Origin: Octopus vulgaris
Lineage: Eukaryota
NCBI GenBank assembly: GCA_951406725.2
Contig: OX597832.1
Span: forward strand, 21,018,001 to 21,082,000
DNA length: 64,000 bases
Direction: 5' to 3'
A program made the position numbers and the translations under genes. Below the pieces are notes generated by a model. The model was given only the letters and a program-made list of their open reading frames with translations, made no database searches and was not told the DNA's origin. The first letter of the stretch is position 1, and each line of letters begins with the position of its first letter. This document shows, piece by piece, positions 26,770 to 39,799 of the stretch.

Positions 26770-26837
<68 letters not shown>

Positions 26838-27419
26838 TTACATTTATACCAAATGACATTATTTTCAATAGATGTCTTCGTTGTGTTCCGCTCTTCTCCT
26901 TATTTTGATTTTCTTCTTCTCATTTTGTTGATTATTTAAATGGATATTTAATCTAGTAATAGGATTTTTGCCATCCACAATAGAAATATCATTTAGATTT
27001 GACATTAAAAGAAGAAAAAAAAAAATTATAATAGAGAGGTAAAAGATAAAATAAAAAGAAATTCGTTTTATTTCTTTCCTCTCTCATTTTTTTTTTATTC
27101 CTCTTATTCATCTACGAAGAAGTAGCAAAAAAGAAAAAGAAAATTATATTTCATAATTCATATTTTTTCTTCATTTGCGATGAGGTACGGTTATTTATTG
27201 TTATATTTCTTTTCTTTTTTTTTTGTTTTTGATTTGTTATTTTTTTTTCAGCTCCGTTCTTCGCCCTTCGTCGCCATTAATTTTGTTGTTATTTCTGCTA
27301 CAGTCGCTACTGTTGTTGTTGTTGTTGTTGTTGTTGAGTGTGTGTGTATGTAATATTTTTTTTTTTTTACTGTTATCTTTTCTTTTTGCCCTTCTTGCGT
27401 ATTTCTCATCATTCATCTC

Positions 27420-27558
27420 GCATTACTGTTGCTGCTGCTGCTACTACTACTACTACTACAACTGCTACTACTACTATTATTACTACTACTACTACTATTA
27501 CTACAATAATAACAACGGTAATGGTGGTCATGATTATAATGGTAGTAATAGTCGTATC

Positions 27559-27617
<59 letters not shown>

Positions 27618-27738
27618 AAATAGTAATAATAATGATGAGGATGATGATGACGATAATAATAATAATTAATATAATACTAATAACAATAAAAATAATAATA
27701 CTAATAACAATAAAAATAATAATAATAATAATAATAAT

Positions 27739-27791
<53 letters not shown>

Positions 27792-27832
27792 TGATGATGA
27801 TGATGATGATGAGGATGATGATGATGATGATG

Positions 27833-27896
<64 letters not shown>

Positions 27897-27922
27897 TGAT
27901 GATGATTATGATGATGATGATG

Positions 27923-27959
<37 letters not shown>

Positions 27960-27985
27960 TGATGATGATGATGATTATGATGATG

Positions 27986-28047
<62 letters not shown>

Positions 28048-28105
28048 AATAATAATAATAATAATAATAATGATGATGATGATGATGATTATGATGATGA
28101 TGATG

Positions 28106-28157
<52 letters not shown>

Positions 28158-28197
28158 TGATGATGATTATGATGATGATGATGATAATAATAAAAAT

Positions 28198-28259
<62 letters not shown>

Positions 28260-28310
28260 TGATGATGATGATTATGATGATGATGATGATAATAATGATG
28301 ATAATAATGC
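27420..28310. repeat. Long alternating (AAT)n/(GAT)n compound microsatellite
   Basis: Direct inspection. Confidence 0.97.
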
Positions 28311-28969
28311 TGCCGTTGTCGCTGCTATTGCTAATCCATCAACGATTTCTACTATGATTACTAATATTTTTTGTACTACGAAGAGGACGAACAATACTAA
28401 AAACTTTGTTATTGGTTTGCCGATAAAAGTTATGATGATGATGATGATGATGACGATGACGACGACGACGACGATGACTGCGATTGCACCGTCGACGACG
28501 AGACGGCAATGATGATGATAATCGTTCTAAGTATTATATCGTTTCTTGGTTCTCTCATATTTACTAAGCATACCATTACTTTTCACCACACATTAGAAGC
28601 TAAATACCCCATATCAAAACAACCCCAGCCCGTCTCCGACAATTAAACACACCGCTTCCTACTCCTCAACCTCCTACGACTACTACTACTACTATACATA
28701 TACTGCTACTGCTGCTGCTATTACTGCTACTGCCAGCGTCTGCATCCCCAAATAATTTGTGTTTAATCACTTCCATATACAGAGTATTCGAGCTAAATTT
28801 GACGATTTTATGTCAATTTCTTCTTTTTCAGAAACAGCTTGCTGTATACATTCACAGTCAACAGTGTTAGAAGGCATAAAGACTCAAGTTGTAGCTGAGA
28901 AAATGTTACCTGACATGAAGGACTCTAAGCCATCTGAATATTGGAACAGAATTACTTGTATCATGATGA

Positions 28970-29375
28970 GGCGCAGAAGTGGCTGTGTGGTAAGTAGCTT
29001 GCTAACCAACCACATGCTTCTGGATTCAGTCCCACTGCGTGGCATCTTGGGCAAGTGTCTTCTGCTATAGCCCCGGGCCGACCAAAGCCTTGTGAGTGGA
29101 TTTGGTAGACGGAAACTGAAAGAAGCCTGTCGTATATATGTATGTGTGTGTGTGTTTGTGTGTCTGTGTTTGTCCCCCTAGCATTGCTTGACAACCGATG
29201 CTGGTGTGTTTACGTCCCTGTCACTTAGCGGTTCGGCAAAAGAGACCGATAGAATAAGTACAGGGCTTACAAAGAATAAGTCCCGGGGTCGATTTGCTCG
29301 ACTAAAAAGGCGGTGCTCCAGCATGGCCGCAGTCAAATGACTGAAACAAGTAAAAGAGTAAAAGAGTAAAAGAGT
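28970..29375 (+). mobile_element. Full-length SINE family A with (GTAAAAGA)3 tail
   Basis: ggcgcagaagtggctgtgtggtaag ... gtcgatttgctcgac ... cagtcaaatgactgaaacaa-gtaaaaga-gtaaaaga-gtaaaaga. Confidence 0.93.
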
Positions 29376-29589
29376 ATGATTCGTGCCGCGTATCAGAACG
29401 CCGTTATTATGATTACTACTCTCAATGCTCTTTGAACACTATAAAGGCAGTAAGACGCGACATGAGTAGCTTACAATGCACGCTATGTGGCTGCAGCCAG
29501 CGGTAAGAGACACATCAGACATTCTGATAAAGCTCACACGTTAGAATTCATCCTCATATTATTGAACATAGCCTTAGACAATCCAGGGA

Positions 29590-30046
29590 GCTATTTGAAT
29601 CTACTGGAGACTGTGGTCAAATCTCCGGCTGAAGAAGGTTGCTGTTGGAAGACCACATGTGTGACATCAATATTGGAATCCTTGCCATAATTCTGAAAAG
29701 GGTCAAAAGTAGTTGTAATACGCTCTCTATGACTTCAGATGGCTATTTTGATCTACTGCAGACTGTGGTCAAATCCGCAGCTAGAGAGGGTGGTTGTTGG
29801 AAGACCACATGTGTGACAGCCGTATTGGACTCCATGCCATACCTCTGGAAAGGGTCAAAAGTAGCGGTAAGACGCTCTCTATGACTTCAGATGGCTATTT
29901 TGATCTACTGCAGACTGTGGTCAAATCCGCAGCTAGAGCGGCTGCTGTTGGAAGGCCACAAGTGTGACAGCCGTATTCGACTCCTTGCCATACTCTACTC
30001 CTGGAAAGAGTCAGAAGTAGCTGTAAGAGCCTGTCTACGATTTTAG
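29590..30046. repeat. 152-bp minisatellite, three units
   Basis: gctattt..atctactg.agactgtggtcaaatc recurs at 29590, 29742 and 29894. Confidence 0.9.
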
Positions 30047-30161
30047 CAGCCTAAATATTTCTAGTCTCCTAATTCCTTCGATTGTAATCCCATGTGTGAG
30101 ATTCGATTTAGATACTAACCGCTCTGCTTGCAACAAAAAGCTGGTGGCGAAGATCAAACGG

Positions 30162-30228
<67 letters not shown>

Positions 30229-30241
30229 TAATAATAATAAC

Positions 30242-30339
<98 letters not shown>

Positions 30340-30356
30340 TAACAACAACAACAACA
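30162..30356. repeat. (AAT)n/(AAC)n microsatellite
   Basis: Direct inspection. Confidence 0.97.
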
Positions 30357-30403
30357 TAGAAAAATATCTTAGGAATGAGAACCCAGGTTGGAAATTTCCT
30401 GAA

Positions 30404-30449
30404 GACACCTGATGAAGGCTTGAGGGTATATCAGCCGAAACGTTGTGTT
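30404..30449 (+). ncRNA. Minimal type I hammerhead ribozyme within a ~180-bp repeat (30358-30540)
   Basis: gacac-CTGATGA-a-ggc(t)tga-gggtata-tcagcc-GAAA-CG-TT-gtgtt: stem I gacac/gtgtt, stem II ggc.tga/tcagcc, intact core, palindromic AACGTT stem III/loop 3. Confidence 0.72.
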
Positions 30450-30574
30450 AACAACAAACAAGATGAGGACAAATATCCATCAAATGTTAATATTGTAAAT
30501 AATGTACATAATTCTTCATCTCTTGAATGTAGAACTGTATTAACTCCAGTGTTCGAATGGAACTTGTTATTTTA

Positions 30575-31058
30575 TCAACACTGAAAGAAGAGAAAGTCGA
30601 CCCCGGTGGTGTTTGAATTCTGATCGTAAAACCAGAACAAATACCCTTAAGCATTTTCATTCTTGTTCACCGTGATAACCATTCTGCAACTCGCTACCTA
30701 CCTGAGGCAATAACTGAGGCTGGAATTTTTGTGGGGAGCGACCAGTCGATTAGATGGACACCAGTACGCAACTAGTACTTAATTTATCGACTCCGAAAAG
30801 ATGAAAGGCAAAGTCAACCTCGGCGGAAATTGAGCTCAGAACGAAAGACAAACGAAATAGCATTTCGCCCGGCATGCAATCAATTTTTTTGTACTCTAGT
30901 CACAAGGCCCGAAATTTTGTGGGGACAGAGCCCGTCGATTGGATCAACCCTAGTTTGCAAAGTCGACCTCGGTGGAGTTTGAACTCAGAACGTAGCGACG
31001 GGCGAAATACCGCTAAGCACTTCGTCCAGCGTGCTAACGATTCTGCAAGCTCACCTTT
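30575..31058 (-). mobile_element. Cluster of three SINE family B fragments
   Basis: Repeated aaagtc(g/a)acc(t/c)cgg, tgaactcagaacg and catttcgcccggc motifs at ~30575-30700, 30715-30873 and 30890-31058. Confidence 0.78.
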
Positions 31059-31113
31059 TTGAGGCATTACATAATGTCATCACGAGAGCATTGAGATTGT
31101 TTTGCTTTTGTCT

Positions 31114-31175
<62 letters not shown>

Positions 31176-32164
31176 TGTGTGTGCATGTGTGTGTGCCTAA
31201 AGATAAACGGGAGGGGTTCTGGTGTGGTTTTCTTTCATCGTAGATCTTATCGATCAGGGCTCATCTGAAAAGCTGGACATCAACGTAAAAGAAGAATGCA
31301 TTAAACAATGTAAACTACGAAAATATATGGGTTCGTCACGGATGGAAAAGTTTCGGTTATATGCCCCGCCTGGTGCCGAATAAGAACAAAAACACAACCT
31401 GTAATCTTTCAAGCATGTCTGTATCGAGTTTGCTATCACTTATCTAAAACGATACACGTAATTCATTATTCAAAATAGATCTGTCATACATCGATCACTC
31501 ACAATTGTCATCAAATATCTGATTCAACATTGTTGTATTTATTCAGTTATTATTTTTGGCTTTGTTCCTGTTATTGTTGTTATTGTCTCTGATAATTCTC
31601 CATTGTCGTTTCTGTGAACCTTTTACCGAAATACCTACTTTATTTCATGAAAATTCGCCATTAAGGCGTTACATAGAGGGGACATACAAGGACAGACAAA
31701 CATATAAGGTGAAGTAGCTTAAAACGTTTTAAAAATTTACGATATGATGGGTACAAATTTCAATGAAAGTTTACGAATTTAATGTTACATAGTAGGGCAA
31801 GGAACCCAGCCATCTGGTTAGAACCTTTACTTCTTGATCCGGCCACACTTACCTGGTGCCAAACATACCCTGCTTGCAAGCCACAGGCTTCCGTCTTTTC
31901 ACAAACATATCTCGAGGCAGTCACCTCTTCTCCAGCCTGATCTTACTACCGAGGTGGTAACTAAAAAAGTTAACCAGCCCCTGGCCGGATATAAAGGTAC
32001 TTGTCACTATACCTTTCGTACGCGTCTTCTATACTGCTTCTTACCATATACTATACCGTAAACATTCAGGCCCATCTGCGACGAAATATGGCCGTATGTG
32101 TGTATGTGTGTGTGTACACACGCACGCGTGTGTATGTGCCTGTATGTATATATATGTATGTTCT

Positions 32165-32337
32165 TGTATTCTTTTGTTCTTTTATTTGTTTCAGCCATTT
32201 GACTGCGGATATGCTGTAGCACCACCTATAAACCTAGTACTTATTTTATTGGCCTCTTTTTGCCGAACCGCTAAGTTACGGCGACGTAAACACACCAGCA
32301 TCGGTTGTCAAGCGTTGGTGGGCGGACAGATACAGAC

Positions 32338-32426
<89 letters not shown>

Positions 32427-32516
32427 GTATACATACAAATATATATATATATATATGTATGTATACGTACATATATATACGACGGGCTTCTTTCAGTTTC
32501 CGTCTACGAAATCCGA
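32165..32516 (-). mobile_element. SINE family A, 5' end missing (abuts a LINE 3' end)
   Basis: ttgtttcagccatttgactgcgg...gccgaaccgctaagttacgg...gacgggcttctttcagtttccgtctacgaaatcc. Confidence 0.85.
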
Positions 32517-32845
32517 CTTTCAGCAATTTTCTTAAAAAGGTGGGTGAATGTGGCGAAGATGGTCCGTGTCAACGGGCCTACTTCGAGTATGCGCTTTTGA
32601 GTTTCCAAGGCTGAGAGAGAGAAAGATGGGGAGAAGGCTGTTGCCCTGGTGGTCGTAGTGCTTGTGGAGTTTTCGTGGAGTTTTCATGAGTAGCCCAGAG
32701 CTGCTTGTCTCTTTTATGCATTTTTTGTTATATTTTTTATTGTTATTGATTTTTTACAGGACACTTTATGTAACCCCATTTTGTCCTTCATATTTTGTAA
32801 TGTGCAATCTTATTTTTGTCGGTCCTTGAGGCTAATAAAGAAAGG
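32517..32845 (+). mobile_element. 3' end of an L1/Tx1-like LINE
   Basis: Terminal peptide KRWVNVAKMVRVNGPTSSMRF*, T-rich 3'UTR, ggtccttgaggctAATAAAgaaagg, then (ATT)n. Confidence 0.6.
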
Positions 32846-32909
32846 ATTATTATTATTATTATTATTATTACTTTTTTTCTTCTTTCAAATTTGCTTCCAT
32901 TTCTTGCCG

Positions 32910-32968
<59 letters not shown>

Positions 32969-33719
32969 TGAATGATTATCTAATAGTTTAATCTTTAGGG
33001 CGATTAGATAGCATTATTGTTATCTTTAAAAGTTAGAAGGCGGTGTTACGAGCATTATTAGGATTAGTATTTAGAGATTAGATGGCATTACTAGGGTATA
33101 ACTCAGCAGAACTATCGTTATCACTGGATTATTATTATAATCCACTGTTTTTAAAATTATAACGGGATTAACTACCAGAAGTATAATCCTGATTATTAGG
33201 GGATTACAACGCAAAATTATTAGCATTATCAAAGGATCAGGTTGGTAGACACGTTATCAGGATTACGGGATTAAATGGCCGGATTATCGTTATTAGATAA
33301 TTAGGAGAAAATGATTTTATCTTTATTATAGGATTAGATAACAGGTTTATAATCCGTATTAAGTATTTACATGCTGGAACTTTTAAGAATATTAAAGCAC
33401 GTGTCTATAGTATCAATGGCTGTTATCTACTTAAATCTTTTTCTTGTTTTTAATCATTGGACATCGCCCATACTGTAGCACCTCCTTTAGTTTCGTTTTA
33501 TCTTGTCCTACTATGGTTTGTATTTTATCGTCAATTGCTTCTATACTAGCACCAAGATCATTACTCATGTTATCTATCCGCTTCCATTTATTGAAAGGCC
33601 AAATTCGCGTTGGGTTATGTTGCTTAAGGTATTTAGTTAAGGTGTTTTAGACTGTTTTACACTGATATATATAAGAATGCGACTCTACAAACACTCACAT
33701 ATACGCATATGTATGTGTT

Positions 33720-33727
33720 TATATCTA

Positions 33728-33792
<65 letters not shown>

Positions 33793-33828
33793 ATATATAT
33801 ATATACCCGTATATACTTAAACACATAC

Positions 33829-33884
<56 letters not shown>

Positions 33885-33908
33885 TGTATATACACACCAC
33901 CATGCATA

Positions 33909-33961
<53 letters not shown>

Positions 33962-33978
33962 TGTGTATATATACATAG
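33720..33978. repeat. (CT)/(AT)/(GT) microsatellite cluster
   Basis: Direct inspection. Confidence 0.93.
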
Positions 33979-34770
33979 TCAAGATAGAAAATGCTAAAAT
34001 AATTTTATAAAGTACCGGTTTCCGTCATTGAGTCACTTTCAACTATAAGTATGGAAAACAAATGTTGGAAAAATTAAAAGAAAAGTTTTCTATTTTACAG
34101 AATATTTGCATTGTATTCAAATACAAGTGGCATTTTCCTTGTTTCTGCTTGCCTCTGTCTTCCTTGTTTACTTTGTGGGTTCGAGATGACCTCGAACCTG
34201 CACTCTCTATGAGATCTCAGAAGAACATACGTCACGGCACAACATTTTGACTCCGTAAATGGCCCAAACACATGTATAATACGCAATAAAGCATTAAAAT
34301 AGCTAATGAAGCGAAAATAACGACGAAAATCAAGAATACGTAATTAAGTGATAAAAAAGAAAGAAAAATGCATCTTTAAATAATTAATTCACCTTGGAAA
34401 ATATTCCAAATAGTCTAACACGCAGTTTTTAAGACAGCGATAAAAACAATAACAATAAGGAAAACAAAAGCAACAAAAACTACACGGGTGACATTTGTTC
34501 TTGAAGTCGCTCATAGATTACCATATCAAAGCTTTAATAATAACAATTATGCAACTAAATAAATTGAATTTCTAGATTAATCACAGTAAGAAACTTAGAA
34601 AAAAGATCTCATAGTAGTTTGTATGACTAAGCAATACTTCTCTGTCACACGGCCAAATTCAAGAAAGAGCTAAAAGAATAATTAAATACCTGTGGTTGAT
34701 ATACTAGACTAATGCCTTCCCACTAAAGTTGCTGTCCTGTGCTAGAATTTTGAAATCATTATTATTATTA

Positions 34771-35305
34771 TTGAGTGAGAGAGCAACGCTTGCGGTCAAA
34801 GTGACACTGGGGTAAAATATACGAAGCTCAGTATACCCATCATGACTACCCATCTGAAAATTGTACACAATGTACATGTATCACAACCATATGTGCGCGA
34901 CATGATCTTATATCAAGATAAAAAATGCATGACCTTGCAAGTGGGGCCCAGTTAGAATGTTCTTCTGCTTGAGTAGCCCATCGCGCTCAAAAGATCCCTG
35001 AATAAGGGTCGTTTAAGATTGCTGAAAGAAAAACTCATCTCTCTAAGGGTGAATTATCCTAACCCCAAAGAATTCCTCGCAACACATCGCTATGATGCTC
35101 CACCACTACTTCTGCTCGTGATCAGAGATGCACATATCGTCAGCCACTAAAGGGACATGCTCAACTGGTTAAGGTCAAGCAACTGACAACCAAATCTGTG
35201 GTATTGAACAGAATGATACCAAGACAAAAACAATGTCCATGATAACACTTTCAATCAGTTAAGATCAGAAGCCGCCAGAGCCACTGTCTGGTCCTCCATC
35301 AGGTC
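34771..35305 (-). mobile_element. ~550-bp TAA-associated retroposon, copy 3
   Basis: (att)n-ttgagtgagagagca...cccatcatgactacc...ctgctcgtgatcagagatgcacatatcgtcagcc...gatcagaagcc...catcagg. Confidence 0.86.
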
Positions 35306-35384
35306 AGATACGTTGACAGACAGATAGGCAGACAGATAGAGAGATATACTAGTGCTTGAACTTCATTACCTTAGCTTCAATGGC

Positions 35385-35422
<38 letters not shown>

Positions 35423-35506
35423 GGGTGGGGTGAGGGTGGTGGTGATAGTAGTAGTAGTAGTAGCAGCAGCAGTAGAAGCAACAGCAGCAGCAACAGCAGC
35501 AGCAGC

Positions 35507-35556
<50 letters not shown>

Positions 35557-35557
35557 A
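35385..35557. repeat. (AGT)n/(AGC)n microsatellite
   Basis: Direct inspection. Confidence 0.94.
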
Positions 35558-36269
35558 GTGAATTGGCAAGATGGTTAAAATGTCGGACGAAATGGAATTA
35601 TTTTGCGTATTTTTACTCTGATTATTCAAGATCTGATTTCAAATCTCGCTGAGAGAGGAAAAAAAAACCTACCAGTCATCTCATTGGGATTGGTTAAAAC
35701 TAATGTACCAGAAAATCAGCATTGGTTGTATTGACTAACATCAGCCCCTAAAAATTTTGCTGGTCTTCGGTAGAAATTACAAACCATTAATTTTTTTTTT
35801 TTTTTGTCGTAATCCTTGTCAGCATCGTCGCTTTCTATATAATTATGGATACTTCTATTAATTAATACTTAATTATTTATTAAAGGACGATATTAGAACA
35901 AGCAAGCAAGCGGGAAAGAGGAGAGAGAGAAAAAAAAGGGGGAAATTAGCGGTTGAAATTGAGAATGCAAACGTAAGAGTAAACAAAAATATCCGTTGCT
36001 CAAAGAGAATATTTAACGAGTATAAAATATTGGCTAACATGTATCTATAAGAACAACATCAGCATCACCAGCGAAGACCTAAACCAACACTAATGCCAGC
36101 AGAAGGAGTAGCAGGAGTAGAAGTAGCAGCAGTCATTAATTCGGAGGTAATTGATTGCCTGAGAACTAGAAACTTCATAAATCAACTTAAAATATGGTCG
36201 TTAAATTCAGATCGATGTTAGAAATATTGAGCATGTTATATACACCTGTAGGTATTGTTTTTGATGTCG

Positions 36270-37035
36270 TTGTTGTTTTTTGTTGTTGTTGTTGTTATTG
36301 TACTTTGTTTTGTTGTTGTTGTTTTTGTTGGCGGCGGCAGCGACGGTGACGTTGGCGGTGGCGGAGGTGGTGGTGGTGGTGTTGGTGTTGGTGTTGGGAG
36401 TGATGGTGGTGGTTATGATGTTAGTGTTGGTGGTAGCGGTGTAGATGGTGTTGGTGGTGTTGGTTTTCTTGTTGTTGTTGTTGGTGGTGGTGATGTTAGT
36501 GTTGGTGGCGGTAGCGGTGTTAGTGGTGGTAGCAGCGAAGATGGTGTTGGCGTTGGTAGCGGTGTTAGTGGTGTTGGTGTTGTTGGTACTGGTGGTGGTG
36601 GTGGTGGTGGTGGTGGTGGTGGTGGTGTTGGTACTGGTGGTGGTGGTGGTGGTGGTGGTGGTGGTGTTGGTGTTGGGAGTGATGGTGGTTATGATGTTAG
36701 TGTTGGTGGTGGTAGCGGTGTAGATGGTGTTGGTGGTAGTGATGTTAGTGTTGGTGGCGGTAGCGGTGTTAGTGGTGGTAGCAGCGTAGATGGTGTTGGT
36801 GGTGTTGGTGTTGCCGTTGGTGGTGGTGCTGTTGTTGTTATTGTTGGTGGTGGTAGCGGTGTTAGTGGTGTTGGTGTTGTTGGTACTGGGGGTGGTGGTG
36901 GCGGTGGTGGTGTTGGTGTTGTTGGTACTGGTGGTGGTGGTGATGGTGGTGGTGGTGTTGGTGTTGTTGGTACTGGTGGTGGTGGTGGTGGTGGTGGTGG
37001 TGGTGCTAGTTGTGGTAGTGGTGTAGACGGTGGTG
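36270..37035. repeat. (GGT/GTT)n compound array with internal duplications
   Basis: gatgttagtgttggtggcggtagcggtgttagtggtggtagcagcg recurs at ~36492 and ~36741. Confidence 0.93.
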
Positions 37036-37133
37036 AAGAAGGCTTTCTGGTAACGATATCATGAATATGATGGATGATGCTTTTGTTAACGTAGCTGACG
37101 TCATTGGCAGCAGCAGCAGCAGCAGTAGCAGCA

Positions 37134-37173
<40 letters not shown>

Positions 37174-37328
37174 CAGCAGATGTTGTTGTTGTTGTTTCTA
37201 TTGATGGTTGCTAGTCATCGCACTAAGGTTGAGATGGTTCGGTTGGAAAAGAGTGTTAATACAGCTTACGTCATTAGTCTCGATTCTGCAGCAGCAACAG
37301 CAGCAACAACAACAACAGCAACGACAAC

Positions 37329-37402
<74 letters not shown>

Positions 37403-37496
37403 AAGTAGTAGATTGTGGCTGTCGTACTAACTTCGCGATGCTGAAGATGAAAAGACGCTCCTTGTTATTTGTAATTACGTCATTGGTACCGTTTCT

Positions 37497-38145
37497 GCAT
37501 CGTCATCACCATCATCATCATCACCATCATCATCATCACCATCATCACCATCACCACCGCAACCACCATCATCATCATCATCATCACCATCATCACCACC
37601 ACCATCATCATCATCATCATCATCATCTCCATCATTATCATTATCAGCATCAGCATCATCTTTATCATTGTTCTCATCATCATCATCATCATCATCATCA
37701 CCACTATCATCATCATCATCACCATAATCACCACCACCACCATCATCATCATTATCATTATCAGCATCGGCATCATCTTTATCATTGTCCTCATCATCAT
37801 CATCATCATCATCATCACCACTATCATCACCATCACCGCAATCATCACCATCACCACCACCACCACCATCATCATCATCGTCATTATCACCACCACCAGC
37901 ACCACCATCATCATCATCATTGTCATCATCACCATCTCCATCATTATCATTATCATCATCATCATCATCATCATCATCTTTATCATTCTCATCATCATCA
38001 TCATGATCATCATCACCACTATCATCAGCAACACCGCAATCGTCACCATCACCACCACCATCATCATCATCATCATCATCGTCATTATCACCACCACCAG
38101 CATCACCATCATCATCATCATCATTGTCATCATCGTCATCGCCGT
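37497..38145. repeat. (CAT/CAC)n array with higher-order units
   Basis: catcatctttatcatt recurs at ~37655, 37771 and 37972; caccgcaa recurs three times. Confidence 0.94.
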
Positions 38146-38598
38146 TACTGCTATGAAGCATCGAAGCATTGCATTGTTGTTGACGATTGCAGCTACGTCT
38201 GATGAAGTGATATTTAATGCTGTTTATTATTATTATCTTTGGGGTTTTTTGTTGTTCTTTTGGGGCAGTTTATTTATTTAGTATTGAAAGCCGTCATCTG
38301 GTCATTCTACACCAAAGATGAAACTATGAAAAAATGAAACTGGTTTTCATAGAAGATCAGCCATTACACCATCAACAGTACTTGGCTGCTATTTCATTTT
38401 CATGACTAAAAGGGGAAGAAAACGACTAAGTTGAGTGGGGAACGTAATGTTAATCCCAGCTGCATAGAGCATATACTGTAATGTGTATTATCCGGTGTTC
38501 TAAGATCCGGACAATAATCTGTAACACTTTCAATCTTATAAACGCCACTGTTGTTTTCTTTTGCCAAACTGCTACCTTAAAGGCAAGATATATATATA

Positions 38599-38970
38599 CT
38601 AGCAGTATCGCCCGGCGTTGCTCGGGTTTGTTTCGACACTTCAGAATTGGAATTTTTGAAAGGTAAAAATTTTGCATTATGTAGCTTGTTATTCTCTTTA
38701 AGTGAGCATTTTTCTGGTTGAAATACACCGACAAACGGCGTAAAAAATAGGGATTTTCATAGAAAAAAAGCACCCTTTTTGGTGTAAATAATTTATTGGC
38801 CTTAACATGGTCCGATTTGAATTTTATCTTCTACGGAATGAAGAGCAAGCCTTCTTCTATCATGCTTTCAATTTTGGTCAACTTGCGCCCCAGGGTCTCG
38901 GAGGAGATAGTGTTAGTTGAAGGCTACCAAACCTGCTACACTCAGACAACTTCAGCTTTATATATATAGT
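38599..38970 (-). mobile_element. Non-autonomous Helitron, family H1, second copy
   Basis: Plus strand a|ctagcagtatcgcccggcgttgctcggg...cagctttatatatatag; homologous to 12125-12515 with a short internal deletion. Confidence 0.87.
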
Positions 38971-39405
38971 TAAATATATACTGTCCGTATTTGTACCTTA
39001 CCACCGCTTAACAACCGATGTTAGTTTTGTTTATTCCCCCATAACTGAGCGGTTCACTAAAAGAGTGAGACCGATTCACTCGAGCAAGAGATTTTTCGAG
39101 GCCGCTGTCTAATGATTGAAGCAAGTAAAAGATGTGCATATGTGTATGTGTTTTACCCAAAACGCCTTGGTTGGCCTAAGTTTACAGTAGAAAACAACAC
39201 GATGCCGCGCAGTGGAACTGAACCCGATACATAGATATACCAGTATATTTTTTATCTGCTTTCTTGTCTTCAATACTGGAAGCTGGAGGATACGGCATGA
39301 TAAAATATCACTTATCACTTACGCTTAGATCTTTATCGTCTCCTCTCTTCAGAACAGAACGTCGAGATTGGAAGAAGCTCATTCATTTTCTCCATGACAC
39401 CGGCT

Positions 39406-39476
<71 letters not shown>

Positions 39477-39799
39477 GGTGGTGGTGGTGTACTGTAATTT
39501 GTCAATTTTTGTCAAAGTTTTATTGAAAAATATGATGGGAAAATGATAAAGGAGTTTAATGCATAGAGACACAGAAAAAGAAGATAATGAGAGAAGGAAA
39601 GCGTGAGACAGGAGAGAGAGAGGAAAGTGAGAGGGAGAGAGAAAAAGAGAGAGAGAGCGATAGAGAGAGAAAGTGTGAGTTGCGCGGCTCCCATATATGT
39701 GTACCTGTGTGGATATGTATGTATGAGTATGTACTCCTCTTTGTCTCTCCCTCTCGCTCCCTCTCTCATTTGACTACGGAAAAGGAAGAAGAAGAATCA

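Noticed and set aside
29590-30046. Regular repeats considered as CRISPR-like or coding repeats
   Set aside because: No unique spacers, eukaryotic context, and the period is not divisible by 3
36255-37064. Gly/Val-rich 269-aa ORF resembling a structural (cuticle/beak-type) protein with a hydrophobic N-terminus
   Set aside because: Entirely a (GGT/GTT)n compound repeat with a TTG start and near-uniform third-position T; no independent coding evidence
37180-38202. His-rich 340-aa ORF
   Set aside because: (CAT/CAC)n array open in several frames on both strands, which is a repeat artefact
38195-38225. CTGATGA occurrences here and at ~55817, 56540, 58160, 58379 and 58982
   Set aside because: No correctly placed stem II plus GAAA; the heptamer is common in GAT-rich DNA
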